Positions 38,481 to 48,500 of a stretch of DNA of 64,000 bases are shown here, piece after piece. Origin of the DNA: an uncultured virus (IMG/VR IMGVR_UViG_3300037067_000914). Taxonomy: Duplodnaviria; Heunggongvirae; Uroviricota; Caudoviricetes. The stretch is taken from IMG/VR virus record IMGVR_UViG_3300037067_000914; one strand, given 5' to 3'. Position 1 is the stretch's first letter. Every line of letters starts with the position of its first letter. Under the pieces are notes generated by a model. The model did no database searches, was not told the DNA's origin, and saw only the letters and a list, made by a program, of their open reading frames with translations. The position numbers and the translations under genes were made by a program.

Positions 38481-40793
38481 CTAAACCTCCTTTCTTTTCT
38501 CCTTTAGTAGATCACCCATTCGCTGTCTGGCAAGTTCGGCGTCGGCCTGAACATTGGTTAAGGTGTTGTTAACATTAGCCTTAAGCGACTGTCTCTCTAC
38601 TTCCATCGCAGCCTTCTGATCAGCCACATTAGACCGGATTTCCACGTTGGCTTCCTGGATTTTGCTCACAATCCCAGACTGGACTAGTTGCCGTTCTAGG
38701 GTCTCGTTAGTACCCTTGAGTCTCTTGATCTCAGCATCCATGGATTGCATTTGCTGTTGCAGCTGGACATACAGGGATTTTCTCTGCAGTAACGCTTCCT
38801 TGCCAGTGATGTCAAGTTCAGCCACAGCAGCTACGTCGTCTATGATGCCAAGCTTGAATAACTCCATGTATTCCTGAGACTTAGCCCACCTATTAGACGG
38901 TAGAGTACCACCAGATACGAACTTAATATCGTACTTATGTTCATCAAGTCCATTCCACCTACCGGCCAGTTCTCCGTAGTCGTTATACACAGGTACATTA
39001 AGCTTGAACTCCTTGACCTTCTTGTCGTCAGGATTCACAATCCTGAACACCTTCTTAGACTTGTACATAAGCTTGGCGTATGGCAGCCATACCTTGGCTA
39101 GGTACTCCAGACATGGGTCAACTACGTTAAGTACCCAGTTCTTGATCCTACGAGTACCAAATTCATCCATGGCCACCAGTCCTCGGTATGGAGTCTCACT
39201 TGGGCTAGCTTTGCCCTGTGCTACTGCCGACGCGCCTAGAGTGTCGTCTATATACTGCCCACCTAGCTGTACTATTTCTAGGAATGCATTAGGCAGTGAA
39301 ATAGGTTGGATGATGCCCGGAGGAGCGGGAGCACCTGGGTTCACAGGCAGCAAGGCACCAGGCATGAACAGATTGTTCTTCCAAGTAGCTGCGTCAATGG
39401 ACCCTTGGTAGTACCAGAACCGTAGGGAGGCACCAAGAGATGTGTTGTAGATCATCAACTGGTGAGCCTTGTTGATCTCTTCCTGCTGTCCTACCACCAT
39501 ACTGACGGCGGATAGACAGTAAGGGGTACCAGTATGTATGTATGGCAGAGGTACAATCGGAATCTCGTCGATGTCTAATGTGTACTTGTGCAGCATAGTC
39601 TGATCGCCAATACTGACAACTACCACGACTTGGCGCTTCCAGAATGGCACCGCCTCGATTACAGCTTCTCTAGTCGGCTGGGCACTCATGATTAGCTTAT
39701 AATCTTTGTCCGACATAATGTTGGTAGTGATTTCGGAAATAGCCTCCACTTCCTTGGTCAGCAGTTCCTGCCGATACTGGGCCACCATGTTCTGGAAACC
39801 CTTCTGCAGGCGCTGCAGTTCGAAGTCGTGGCGCTCTTGGGAGATGCTACCATTCTTTAGACTATCCCCCAGTTCAATCGCGTTAGACGCGATCTCGTCT
39901 TGTAAGCCCTGAGCATACACAGCAGTGTCAGCATCCACCCTTTGCACAATAGCCTGCATCTGTTCCTTTGATGGCATGACACGCATAGACACGTTCCAGA
40001 ACTTACTACGAGTCCTATAGTAACCCTCGTAGTAGTCTACAACGTCCTCAGCCCCTTGCTCTTGCCCATCTACGGCTTCCATAGTACTGATATCGGCGGG
40101 AAACACCGCGTATGAGTCGTATGTATCTCGATCGGAATAAGAATACGACCTCTCGTCATTACAGGCCGTACGCATGATGATGTTCTTGTAATCAGGCAAC
40201 TCGTTGGCTAGCGTAGCTCTCTTGATGTCTTTCTTGACAATAATGTATTCAGCGTCTCGAAAGTACACATCTGTGGATGATGGGTCCACATACACATCGG
40301 TCCATGGGATGTAGCCGAACTTTACATCTCCCATACCATCATCTGAGGAGGGGTCGAAGTACACGTGCCAGTACCCACAGCCTACACTTAGAGCGTCCCG
40401 CACAATTTGTGAGAAGACACTTCTACCACTAGACACGTCCCAGCAGTACTCGAATAAACCATTGACAACACTGGCTTTATCTACATCACTTCCTTCTCTT
40501 CCCACAGCCGCCGGCTTGGGGTTGTTGGCGGAAACGAAGTAACGAAGCGTCTCAATGGCTGGAGTGACACGATTGACAATGAAGGTGGGCATACCAACCC
40601 GTTCCAACTGCTCCTTCTCCGTCTTGGTCATCTGTTCTCCAAGTGAGAACTCCAGCCACTTTTGCTGGTTTCGACGGTGCGTTTCCCACTTGTTGCCGAT
40701 TATATTCTGATATAGCTGCCGATTTCTCTTGGCAGCCACACTGGACGGCGATTTAGATTGCGCGGTACCAGTTGTAACGTTCAGAACGTCCAT
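38481..40793 (-). CDS. portal protein (P22-like)
   Basis: 770 aa after TerL; GEQ...PTFIVNRV, VYVDPSS, QEEINKA; C-terminal coiled coil. Confidence 0.88.
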   Translation of the reverse strand: MDVLNVTTGTAQSKSPSSVAAKRNRQLYQNIIGNKWETHRRNQQKWLEFSLGEQMTKTEKEQLERVGMPTFIVNRVTPAIETLRYFVSANNPKPAAVGREGSDVDKASVVNGLFEYCWDVSSGRSVFSQIVRDALSVGCGYWHVYFDPSSDDGMGDVKFGYIPWTDVYVDPSSTDVYFRDAEYIIVKKDIKRATLANELPDYKNIIMRTACNDERSYSYSDRDTYDSYAVFPADISTMEAVDGQEQGAEDVVDYYEGYYRTRSKFWNVSMRVMPSKEQMQAIVQRVDADTAVYAQGLQDEIASNAIELGDSLKNGSISQERHDFELQRLQKGFQNMVAQYRQELLTKEVEAISEITTNIMSDKDYKLIMSAQPTREAVIEAVPFWKRQVVVVVSIGDQTMLHKYTLDIDEIPIVPLPYIHTGTPYCLSAVSMVVGQQEEINKAHQLMIYNTSLGASLRFWYYQGSIDAATWKNNLFMPGALLPVNPGAPAPPGIIQPISLPNAFLEIVQLGGQYIDDTLGASAVAQGKASPSETPYRGLVAMDEFGTRRIKNWVLNVVDPCLEYLAKVWLPYAKLMYKSKKVFRIVNPDDKKVKEFKLNVPVYNDYGELAGRWNGLDEHKYDIKFVSGGTLPSNRWAKSQEYMELFKLGIIDDVAAVAELDITGKEALLQRKSLYVQLQQQMQSMDAEIKRLKGTNETLERQLVQSGIVSKIQEANVEIRSNVADQKAAMEVERQSLKANVNNTLTNVQADAELARQRMGDLLKEKRKEV

Positions 40794-42447
40794 CTTCTTC
40801 TCCTTCTAACTGATAAGGTTGACCAGTCTTCCAATTGATTCTTTGCCCAATTGCGCTGACCTTCGACTTAATTTGGTTACTGATTGCTTCAAAGTTACTT
40901 GGGTGGGTTAGATTTCGAGTAGATAGGTATAAGGCATCGACCACGTCGTCATGTTTCATCTTGGGGCCGACATTTTCGATTTGCTCCCGCAAACTGTAAT
41001 GCTCCCCCTTAAGATGCACGCGGCGTGTCGCAAACATGGAATTCAGCCCATTTACGATTCTGTTGACCTTATCTCTCCCCCCAGGCTTAAAAGGTATCGG
41101 TATAAGGTCCCATCTGTTCCTGCGTAACTGCTCAGCCTGCATATCCTGTATAACGCCGCGCGTTAAGGACACATCCTCGATAGTCGCACTCTGACAGTGA
41201 TACTTGTCATACAGGTCAAATATATAATCAACAATGCCTAGTGGAGTACCTTCAACCAGCTTACCATCCTTGTTCCTCAGCCCTAATTGTGGTATCGCCA
41301 GCTTCTCCACATACTCCAGCACAAATAGTCGAGACTCGTTATCATATGCCACCACCATTATGACACTGAAGTCAGAGGTACGAGTCTCTATGTCAGTCGC
41401 AGGGTCGCACCCGATAAAGGTGTTTACTGGCGACTTGACGCCTCTCCAATTCAAATACCCACACTTCTTGTCCGGGTCCCAGTTGTATATCGCATTATGG
41501 ACAATGTAGTGGTCCTTTGTCCAAATTCTCGCAGAGCCGCCAGAGGGCTGTAACTCGTACTCCTGGTAATACCCCGGCAGACGGCCCATATCCTCGTAAA
41601 ACTTACGCCTTTCCTCCAGTTTCGCGCGCGGGAAGTAAGAGTTCCACAGTACTCCACCCTCCATATTCGGCTGCGTTGCGGCGTATGAAATCACCCGCCA
41701 GCTATACTCTTCCCCTTTTCCCTCGTGAATCGCCTTCTTATGTCCATCCAGTATGTTCTGGCACACAGAATCGTTATGCACGGGGGTCCCCGCAAAAATA
41801 AGGCGACCCAGGTTAACATCCAACGCAGGATACACGGCATCTGTAAACACGTTCTTAAGCTTCTCGCGCGCTTCAAAAGTCCTGGTATTGTCTTCGTTTT
41901 CAATGTCATCGAGGATAATCCTATGATATCTCTGTGAACCGCCTGCTACAGTACCCGATGTCTCTCCTCTAATCGACTTGGCATTGGACCTTGATATCAA
42001 CGTACATCCATTTGCCAACCTGATATCCTGCTCCGTCCACTTATCCCCCTTCATATCACCAAAGTAGTGTCTTATTCTGTCGTTATAAGACAACTGTTCC
42101 TTGATGTAGGAGACGTTACGGTAGGATTTACTAAGAGAATCCGACACCCAGCCAAAGAATAATGGCAGTTCGGTTCTATCATAGAACTGATTATACAGAA
42201 ACTGTTGTAAAATATAGGCTTTAATGAGCGTAGTTTTGCCATGCCCACGAGCAATAATGATCGCAAGCTGCTTATTTGTCGAGGAATCGTTTAATTGCGA
42301 GGCAATTTCCCTATGGAATTCCGGCGTCTCCGATTTTCCGAAGTCCCCCTTCAAAAATAGCCGCCCAAAGAGGATCAGATCGTCTTTTGCCCTCTGCAAA
42401 AGCTCGTCTTCCTTCTTTTCCGGCAGATTTACTACATTCTCGATCAC
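40753..42447 (-). CDS. terL: terminase large subunit
   Basis: ARGHGKTT, IILDDIE, GTPVH, GCDPA and HDDVVDAL. Confidence 0.92.
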   Translation of the reverse strand: MIENVVNLPEKKEDELLQRAKDDLILFGRLFLKGDFGKSETPEFHREIASQLNDSSTNKQLAIIIARGHGKTTLIKAYILQQFLYNQFYDRTELPLFFGWVSDSLSKSYRNVSYIKEQLSYNDRIRHYFGDMKGDKWTEQDIRLANGCTLISRSNAKSIRGETSGTVAGGSQRYHRIILDDIENEDNTRTFEAREKLKNVFTDAVYPALDVNLGRLIFAGTPVHNDSVCQNILDGHKKAIHEGKGEEYSWRVISYAATQPNMEGGVLWNSYFPRAKLEERRKFYEDMGRLPGYYQEYELQPSGGSARIWTKDHYIVHNAIYNWDPDKKCGYLNWRGVKSPVNTFIGCDPATDIETRTSDFSVIMVVAYDNESRLFVLEYVEKLAIPQLGLRNKDGKLVEGTPLGIVDYIFDLYDKYHCQSATIEDVSLTRGVIQDMQAEQLRRNRWDLIPIPFKPGGRDKVNRIVNGLNSMFATRRVHLKGEHYSLREQIENVGPKMKHDDVVDALYLSTRNLTHPSNFEAISNQIKSKVSAIGQRINWKTGQPYQLEGEEDGRSERYNWYRAI

Positions 42448-42529
42448 TTATCACCACTTTTAGTAGGCATTACAGCCACTTTCAGCAAGTAAAGCATCAA
42501 ATAGGAAGTGCTATGGGGGAGCACCGGGG

Positions 42530-43303
42530 TTAACCCTCCGCTTCCGCCGTCAGCTTCGCCGGTCCCTCATCGGCAATCATCTCATAATCCGCCTGCTCCA
42601 GCCTATTCCCACTCGCCACCCTGTAGCTCAACCTTCCATTAATCTGCGTATGAGTATTCGTCGGCTCCAAATCCAGTAATCTCTGTATCTCCTTGATCGC
42701 CCCAAGCCTAACCCCATCCAGATCACTCGCCTCAGCCAGACTCTTCAGCCTTTCCAGCACATACTTGGCATCCAACCCTAACTGTTTTGCCGCATCTTCC
42801 ACAGTCTGTTTAATCACTAGCTTGACCCTTTCAGCTTTTAACAGCCCCTTTGCCCTCGCCACCACATACTGCTCGTAGTGTGCCTTGGGAAACGCCTTCC
42901 TAAACGCGTCAATCGGGTTCATCCCTTGCGCCACATACACCCCAAAAAGATACTCCGAGTTCGTACACTTCTCCCTATTAGGTATCCCATAGGGATGTTT
43001 CCTCTTCATCATCGACCCACTACAACTCAACCTCGTCGGGTCAGTGTGCATCCTATTTCCAGGATTGATAGAGAATGTCCCAAACGCCGTTTTAACAATG
43101 TCATACGGGTGATGCCCCGGCCACTTCTTGGTCGCTATATACCTCTTCCTTACCTGGCACACATGTTCATCATCAGACAACACCCAGTCCCCGGTATTTG
43201 CCGACCTCCAATCCGTAGAGTACTCGGTATCCGGGTATTTCTCCCTGAACTCCGGCACTGTATACGCGTAATGTGGAACTTCCCCAACCAATCGTGAACG
43301 CAA
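42530..43303 (-). CDS. putative terminase small subunit
   Basis: Upstream of TerL; HTH-like DAFRKAF...AKGLLK and YVLERLKSLAE...RLGAIKEI. Confidence 0.65.
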   Translation of the reverse strand: MRSRLVGEVPHYAYTVPEFREKYPDTEYSTDWRSANTGDWVLSDDEHVCQVRKRYIATKKWPGHHPYDIVKTAFGTFSINPGNRMHTDPTRLSCSGSMMKRKHPYGIPNREKCTNSEYLFGVYVAQGMNPIDAFRKAFPKAHYEQYVVARAKGLLKAERVKLVIKQTVEDAAKQLGLDAKYVLERLKSLAEASDLDGVRLGAIKEIQRLLDLEPTNTHTQINGRLSYRVASGNRLEQADYEMIADEGPAKLTAEAEG

Positions 43304-43525
43304 TCGTGACCTCCTATTATGAATCGAGTACTAACTTACTAAAATCCAACTAGATAAACAAGCACAAACTAGGTTAGTTTCACAAACGGGCAAGTTTTAC
43401 CGGAAAAAATTTTTGAAATGGCGAAAAGCGAACTCTAATTAGCTGAGATGGGACTCATAATTCGCGCGGTGCCCCCGCCAATCTCCTTTCGTCTTTATTA
43501 CTTTTTCGTTATGTTTCAATTACAT

Positions 43526-43631
43526 TGGCACGAATTTTGCTACGTTGCAAATTGCAACTGCCCAGGCGTGGCACGCTTCTTGCTACACGTTGCATAACGC
43601 AACATCCTGGCACGTTGGCATGGTTCTTGCT
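43526..43631 (+). promoter_or_regulatory. three tandem sigma-54-type (-24/-12) motifs
   Basis: TGGCAC-GAATT-TTGCT (43526), TGGCAC-GCTTC-TTGCT (43569), TGGCAT-GGTTC-TTGCT (43616). Confidence 0.65.
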
Positions 43632-43632
43632 A

Positions 43633-43670
43633 CACCATCACATACCATCACATCACATACCATCACACTA
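43633..43670. repeat. short tandem repeat (CCATCACATA-like)
   Basis: accatcacataccatcacatcacataccatcacacta. Confidence 0.7.
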
Positions 43671-44088
43671 TGTCAGCATTCAATACTATATGCCATAATG
43701 ACAGCGTGCTAAGTGCAATAATAACAATAGGCCATAGGCATGGGCACGTATGCAAGTGCCTGTTTATGCTGTGCTTATGTGTTCTGCCACTTTGTCATAT
43801 AACGATAACAATTCCTATTATCAATTTACTGCACACTAATGTGTCTACTTTTGGATACACTCTCATTGTTTTTATTGCACTTAACCCATGCCAGTAGGCA
43901 ATAATTGCCGTGTATTAATGACACGTTTCGAAACACGTTGCAATTTGCAACACGTGCTGTAATTCGCAACACGGCTAACTTCTTAAAAAACAACAGCACG
44001 TTGCACTTTATTTTTAACTTTGTCGCATTCTGCATCAGGTGTGTCAAATTACCACAGTTTAAGTGCAATAAAAACAACGTGTATTTTC

Positions 44089-44104
44089 TGGCACAAGGTT
44101 TGCG
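44089..44104 (+). promoter_or_regulatory. sigma-54-type motif
   Basis: TGGCAC-AAGGT-TTGCG. Confidence 0.55.
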
Positions 44105-44358
44105 TGCTTTTTGGGCAGGCGCACAGGCCTATGAATGCTAAGTCACAGGCAAAGCCAAAAATGTTCTTTTCATCTCAGGACGGCAAGGCAAACAGGCAAT
44201 AATTGCCAATTGGTCATTTTTCGGTCGCTGGTCACTTTTCGGCCAGTACTTCAAACCTGTTGATTTTTCTGGTTTTAAGTGGTTTGAGACGGTCGAAATT
44301 CGGCCATGCGGCAAAAATTGCCGGCCTGTAAATCCCTGTTTTTACTCGCTCGGATTTC

Positions 44359-44374
44359 TGGCACACGGTTTGCT
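44359..44374 (+). promoter_or_regulatory. sigma-54-type motif upstream of the first early ORF
   Basis: TGGCAC-ACGGT-TTGCT, about 80 bp before ATG 44454. Confidence 0.6.
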
Positions 44375-44453
44375 TGTGATTTTGTGAATTTGAAGTCCGT
44401 CCTAAGCGTTCATTGACATTTCCTAACCATTCACCAAAATAAGGGGTTAAGTC

Positions 44454-44771
44454 ATGAAAAAGGTGTATGTCATTCTGGCAGAAGAAAACGTCCGAATGCC
44501 TGAAGGTGTTTCTGTGATCGGTTCATCCGCATTCGCTCCGAATGCTCCCATCACGGCAAACAAAAACGGCAAAGGCGCGACCCGTGTCCTTTCTGCCATC
44601 GGTTCCAATTTCGGAGGCGAGGGTCTCGGGATTGCCGTTGAAACACCGGACGGAAAAAAGGCGGAGTTATTCAGCCGTTTCAGCCTTTACACAAGGCATA
44701 CTGTCTCGGAAGCAACTGCCGTGCAATCCGGGACAAAGGACGCAAGCGGACTGAAGTCGATCAAGCTCTAA
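44454..44771 (+). CDS. hypothetical protein, isolated first early gene
   Basis: RBS AAGGGG; has its own promoter motif and terminator. Confidence 0.65.
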   Translation: MKKVYVILAEENVRMPEGVSVIGSSAFAPNAPITANKNGKGATRVLSAIGSNFGGEGLGIAVETPDGKKAELFSRFSLYTRHTVSEATAVQSGTKDASGLKSIKL

Positions 44772-44784
44772 ATTCCGCAGTATC

Positions 44785-44839
44785 AAACAGTTAGGGGACA
44801 ATGCCTAAAACGGTTTTTGTCCCTTAACTGTTTATTTTC
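44785..44839 (+). terminator. long hairpin terminator
   Basis: AAACAGTTAGGGGACAA / TTGTCCCTTAACTGTTT then ATTTT. Confidence 0.65.
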
Positions 44840-45164
44840 ATGCCTTTGACCCTCCCATTCCCACGAAACACCAGAAAAACCCTTTCATTCTGTAATCATT
44901 TCAATTTGAAATTGTGGGCATTTCAAAATGTAAATATGCCCAAATTTGACGTTTACAGCCGTTTTACGAGGATTTCTGGCAGGGTTCGGGAATTTGTCCG
45001 GTGAATGGTTCGGAATGCCGGAAAATGCCGTTTCCGCTCGAAATTCGGGCATTTCTGAAACACTTCGAGACCGGGCAAACGGACAGAACAAACAAACTGG
45101 ACGAAATTTGACCACTTGGAAGTTTTTTCCCGATACTTAGTGTTAAGCTAAACGGAGCCTAAGC

Positions 45165-45587
45165 ATGGACTTTGCACTATCTCAAGATATTAAATGGACT
45201 ACGGGTTATAGGCCTATTATAAGTCCATACAATAACCGAATAATACATGAATCTAAGGCTAAGGAATTTAAGGAAATAAAGTGGGATAAACCTAAGTGGT
45301 TCCTGGGTATAGTCAAATGTACTCCGTATAGAGTATATGAACCTTTCCAATGTAATCATATACCTGAGTTAAGCGAATTTAAGGATTATATAGCCATTGT
45401 AGGCCCATTTAAATCAGCTACGGGATGTAAATGGGCGGCTACGTATGGGCATGATAATCCTTATTTTAAAACTGTGGGAGACGCTGAACGCTTAGCAAGA
45501 GCTAATGGTTTGTTTAAGAAGCGTAGAAAGAATGTAGTAGCTGAGAGTCACGACATTAACAATATGGTAATTATAACCATAGACTAA
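45165..45587 (+). CDS. hypothetical protein
   Basis: RBS GGAG. Confidence 0.6.
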   Translation: MDFALSQDIKWTTGYRPIISPYNNRIIHESKAKEFKEIKWDKPKWFLGIVKCTPYRVYEPFQCNHIPELSEFKDYIAIVGPFKSATGCKWAATYGHDNPYFKTVGDAERLARANGLFKKRRKNVVAESHDINNMVIITID

Positions 45588-45742
45588 TGGATTACAAATG
45601 CAAGACTTAAGAGTATTAATTGCTATAACCCTGAGTATATTCGGGTTAGTGCAAATCGTAGTTTTAAGTCTTGGATTTGCGAAGTATTATCTTATACCTG
45701 AGATTCGAATAGTCCGCGCAAAGTATAACTAATAGGTGACTT

Positions 45743-45943
45743 ATGATAGCTATTAAGATGGTCGTACAAGACACCAAGCTATTCAAAATCGTACATAATC
45801 GGTCTATCGAGCAGATACATAACTCCATGAAAAAGCTGAATATCACTGAGTTTGAGATAGTGGAGATAGACGAATTGACACTTGCCAAGTCTATATTCGA
45901 AGAGAACATACCCTGGGAATGCTACACAAATAAGGAGTTCTGA
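45743..45943 (+). CDS. hypothetical protein
   Basis: RBS AGGTG. Confidence 0.5.
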   Translation: MIAIKMVVQDTKLFKIVHNRSIEQIHNSMKKLNITEFEIVEIDELTLAKSIFEENIPWECYTNKEF

Positions 45944-45944
45944 C

Positions 45945-46154
45945 ATGAGTATTGACATTGAACACACCGCAACAGATGAATATTACGCTGTTACCATTGA
46001 CGATGTAACTGTTACTGTCCTTGTATCAGAGTGCGAAGCCACTGGCGGTACGTATGTATCGTGTATCAGCGAAGTAGGGGATGACGAAGGAATCACTGAA
46101 GATATACGCAATAAGGCAATTGAAGAGGTAAAGAAGTCGATAAGTATGAGGTAA
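45945..46154 (+). CDS. small acidic hypothetical protein
   Basis: RBS AAGGAG before ATG 45945. Confidence 0.6.
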   Translation: MSIDIEHTATDEYYAVTIDDVTVTVLVSECEATGGTYVSCISEVGDDEGITEDIRNKAIEEVKKSISMR

Positions 46155-46159
46155 CGTAT

Positions 46160-46360
46160 ATGATAAAGCGTTGCCAATACTGCCGATTTGAGTGTAACCA
46201 GTCCTGTCAGAGACACGCTCCTGTGTTCGACAAAGAGCGTAGCTGTAAGCACTCATTCCCGTATTGCCCAGACTATCCTAATGACTTTTGTGGGGACTTC
46301 GTACAAAAGGACACTATCACGTGGAACCCAGAGACACACGAATGGGATTTAAACCAATAA
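46160..46360 (+). CDS. small Cys-rich protein
   Basis: CQYCRF...CQRHAP...FCGDF. Confidence 0.6.
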   Translation: MIKRCQYCRFECNQSCQRHAPVFDKERSCKHSFPYCPDYPNDFCGDFVQKDTITWNPETHEWDLNQ

Positions 46361-46370
46361 TACTGGAGTA

Positions 46371-46610
46371 ATGCTAATGTCTGTCACGGACATGGTATTC
46401 TGTAAATACTGTAAGTACCTGGGAGAAGATGACCACAGGGATATAAAGTGTCACTACGTTAATAATAGGCAAAGCAACCCAAGAGCGTGGTACAGCATTG
46501 AGGATTATAATAAATTAGTACCTGGTGATCCTGCGGTATTAAATAGGAACAATAACTGCTTTTTCTTCAAGGAACGTGAAAGTGTAATTTTCTTTAGGAA
46601 CCTTAAGTAA
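46371..46610 (+). CDS. small Cys-rich protein
   Basis: FCKYCKY...C...NRNNNCFFF. Confidence 0.6.
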   Translation: MLMSVTDMVFCKYCKYLGEDDHRDIKCHYVNNRQSNPRAWYSIEDYNKLVPGDPAVLNRNNNCFFFKERESVIFFRNLK

Positions 46611-46621
46611 CGGAGTATCAA

Positions 46622-46879
46622 ATGTCACTAATGGATCAGTACAATGACCAGATGATAGAGGAATTAGAGGATGAGCTTATTTCTCTGTCTGGTTTTGGGT
46701 CATTCAGGATAGAAGCGCAAAAGGCGAAGAGTCCCCGTGACTTCATGAATCTGGTACGGGTTGCTTCAAAAGCTGAGGGGTTGTGTAAGGACGTCATGTT
46801 CAAGATACTCCAGTCAGCACACAGTAAGTTGGAAGATGGAGAGGAACCTACTGTACTGGAACCTGTTACCAGAGGATAA
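46622..46879 (+). CDS. hypothetical protein
   Basis: RBS GGAG. Confidence 0.6.
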   Translation: MSLMDQYNDQMIEELEDELISLSGFGSFRIEAQKAKSPRDFMNLVRVASKAEGLCKDVMFKILQSAHSKLEDGEEPTVLEPVTRG

Positions 46880-47178
46880 TGCACATGAAGTTTCAGATAG
46901 CAACAAAACTTGATGAGCGTGAGGATATTGGCATTACTCCAGAAATGGAGGACATGACAGGTGCTATATTTGACTTCACTGATACCAGCGGGAGTCAAAG
47001 GCCACACATTCAGAAAAGCGAACCGAGTTTCATATACATGAATCACTGGTTCTGGCATCCTGATTGGCTTATACCACTGGACGAAGAGGCAATTGAGTTA
47101 CATAATACAAGCTGTAACATATTGGGCATTAAGAGTAAATACTTCAACAGACAACTGGACTTGTTTAATGGCGACTGA
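46879..47178 (+). CDS. small protein with C-terminal QLDLF motif
   Basis: Ends RQLDLFNGD. Confidence 0.7.
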   Translation: MHMKFQIATKLDEREDIGITPEMEDMTGAIFDFTDTSGSQRPHIQKSEPSFIYMNHWFWHPDWLIPLDEEAIELHNTSCNILGIKSKYFNRQLDLFNGD

Positions 47179-47377
47179 CTATAGAATACCTGATGGTTAT
47201 ACAACGGCAGGTATTGGTGATATAATCACCAGAGACTTCTTAGTAAAGGTAAGAATTGGCCCTGATACTTGGAGGAAGAGTAGTAAACCAGGAAGTCCAG
47301 TAACGGAATACGCTTATGGTAGGCTAATTTACATAAAGCCTGTAACAGCTGGTCAATTAGACCTGTTTCATAAGTAA
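47168..47377 (+). CDS. small protein with C-terminal QLDLF motif
   Basis: Ends GQLDLFHK. Confidence 0.7.
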   Translation: MATDYRIPDGYTTAGIGDIITRDFLVKVRIGPDTWRKSSKPGSPVTEYAYGRLIYIKPVTAGQLDLFHK

Positions 47378-47439
47378 GCGTACTAAGGGGGAGCAGGGAA
47401 TTGGTGGGTGGAAACCGCTAAGGCCAAGGAGATAGGCAA

Positions 47440-47559
47440 ATGAGACAAGTGCCGATACCGCAGACAAAGCGACCAAAGGTATGGGGAATGCTCATAGCAC
47501 TCGCCGTACTGCTCACCCTGATCAAGTACATTCAGTCACTGGATAAACTCGTGAGGTAA
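47440..47559 (+). CDS. 39-aa single-TM peptide (not in ORF track)
   Basis: RBS AAGGAG; MRQVPIPQTKRPKVWGMLIALAVLLTLIKYIQSLDKLVR. Confidence 0.5.
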   Translation: MRQVPIPQTKRPKVWGMLIALAVLLTLIKYIQSLDKLVR

Positions 47560-47703
47560 TGTATGAGTGATACTTATCACTACGACAAGAAGGAACAGCA
47601 CGAGAACCCCAAGAAGGTTAACAAGGGGTTCCGTCACGAATGCAAGTGCAAAAGAGAAGTCAAGTGTGTGAATTGTGTAAGTGAAAAACCCATAGGTAAG
47701 TAA

Positions 47704-47985
47704 ATGATACCTGTTGATTCAAGGGTACGATTAATACGCAGGTCTGAACGTGGACCAGAAATACCGGAGGGAAGTACAGGTACGTTACTAGTGCACTATA
47801 ACGCACAAGTAGCAGGAGTGGAGTGGGACCTTCCCGTACCTAACCACGCAGGACATCGACTCTTAATGAATGGCCATATACAAACACGGCCGGAAAGACC
47901 GTGTAAACCTGGACACGGGTATTGGGTCTTCACAAAAGACATTGAGTCAATTAACCAACAGTTAGACCTATTTAACAAGGAGTAA
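47704..47985 (+). CDS. SH3-like small protein with C-terminal QLDLF motif
   Basis: SRVRLI...GSTG...GVEWD...GYWV; ends QQLDLFNKE. Confidence 0.7.
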   Translation: MIPVDSRVRLIRRSERGPEIPEGSTGTLLVHYNAQVAGVEWDLPVPNHAGHRLLMNGHIQTRPERPCKPGHGYWVFTKDIESINQQLDLFNKE

Positions 47986-47987
47986 TA

Positions 47988-48282
47988 GCCCACTTCTTCC
48001 CTCGTTGTGGAAGGACACATAGCCAAAGGCTCACACTGCCAACCGCCTAGTACCTAATGTCCGAGGTACCTCGGTTGTAGGAAAGAGTGCTATTCCTATT
48101 ACCCGAAACTGACGACAGCAGTGAACGGCCAAGCGACAGTAAGTAGCACGTGAGGCTAGTGGTAAGGCGATTCAACGAAGTGCCAATAACGTGGATTCCT
48201 TCGGGACCTGAAGCGGTACGGCATGGAGTATTCCTTACCGAGGTCATATCCGAGCTTTAAGATGGCCGGGGAAGAGGTGGGT
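47988..48282 (+). ncRNA. candidate ~295-nt structured RNA
   Basis: 15-bp closing stem, nested helices, UUCG loop; no + strand ORF of 60 aa or more. Confidence 0.55.
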
Positions 48283-48308
48283 ATAGTTTTAACAATAAAG
48301 GATTAAAC

Positions 48309-48500
48309 ATGGGCAGTAAAACTGTAATATGTGATGTGGCTGAGAAATGCAACAATACAGGCTGTGGTCACAGAATCCCACATGAACATTGGGGGCCGTG
48401 TAACAGTCATTGTAGAACAAGTACAAATGTGGAAAGTTCACGCTGTATACCTTATACAGAACCTAATAGTCAAATGGAGTTGTTCGATGAAACCAAATAG
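48309..48500 (+). CDS. Cys/His-rich small protein with C-terminal QMELF motif
   Basis: Ends SQMELFDETK. Confidence 0.65.
   Translation: MGSKTVICDVAEKCNNTGCGHRIPHEHWGPCNSHCRTSTNVESSRCIPYTEPNSQMELFDETK

Noticed and set aside
43526..43670. Short CRISPR-like array
   Set aside because: The units are degenerate 16-bp promoter-like motifs without constant repeats or unique spacers.
43670..44202. Tracked ORFs in the control region
   Set aside because: No RBS, unnatural composition, and they overlap palindromic motifs.
48104..48116. Hammerhead ribozyme core (GAAAC, CTGACGA)
   Set aside because: The two core strings overlap with no room for the required stems.
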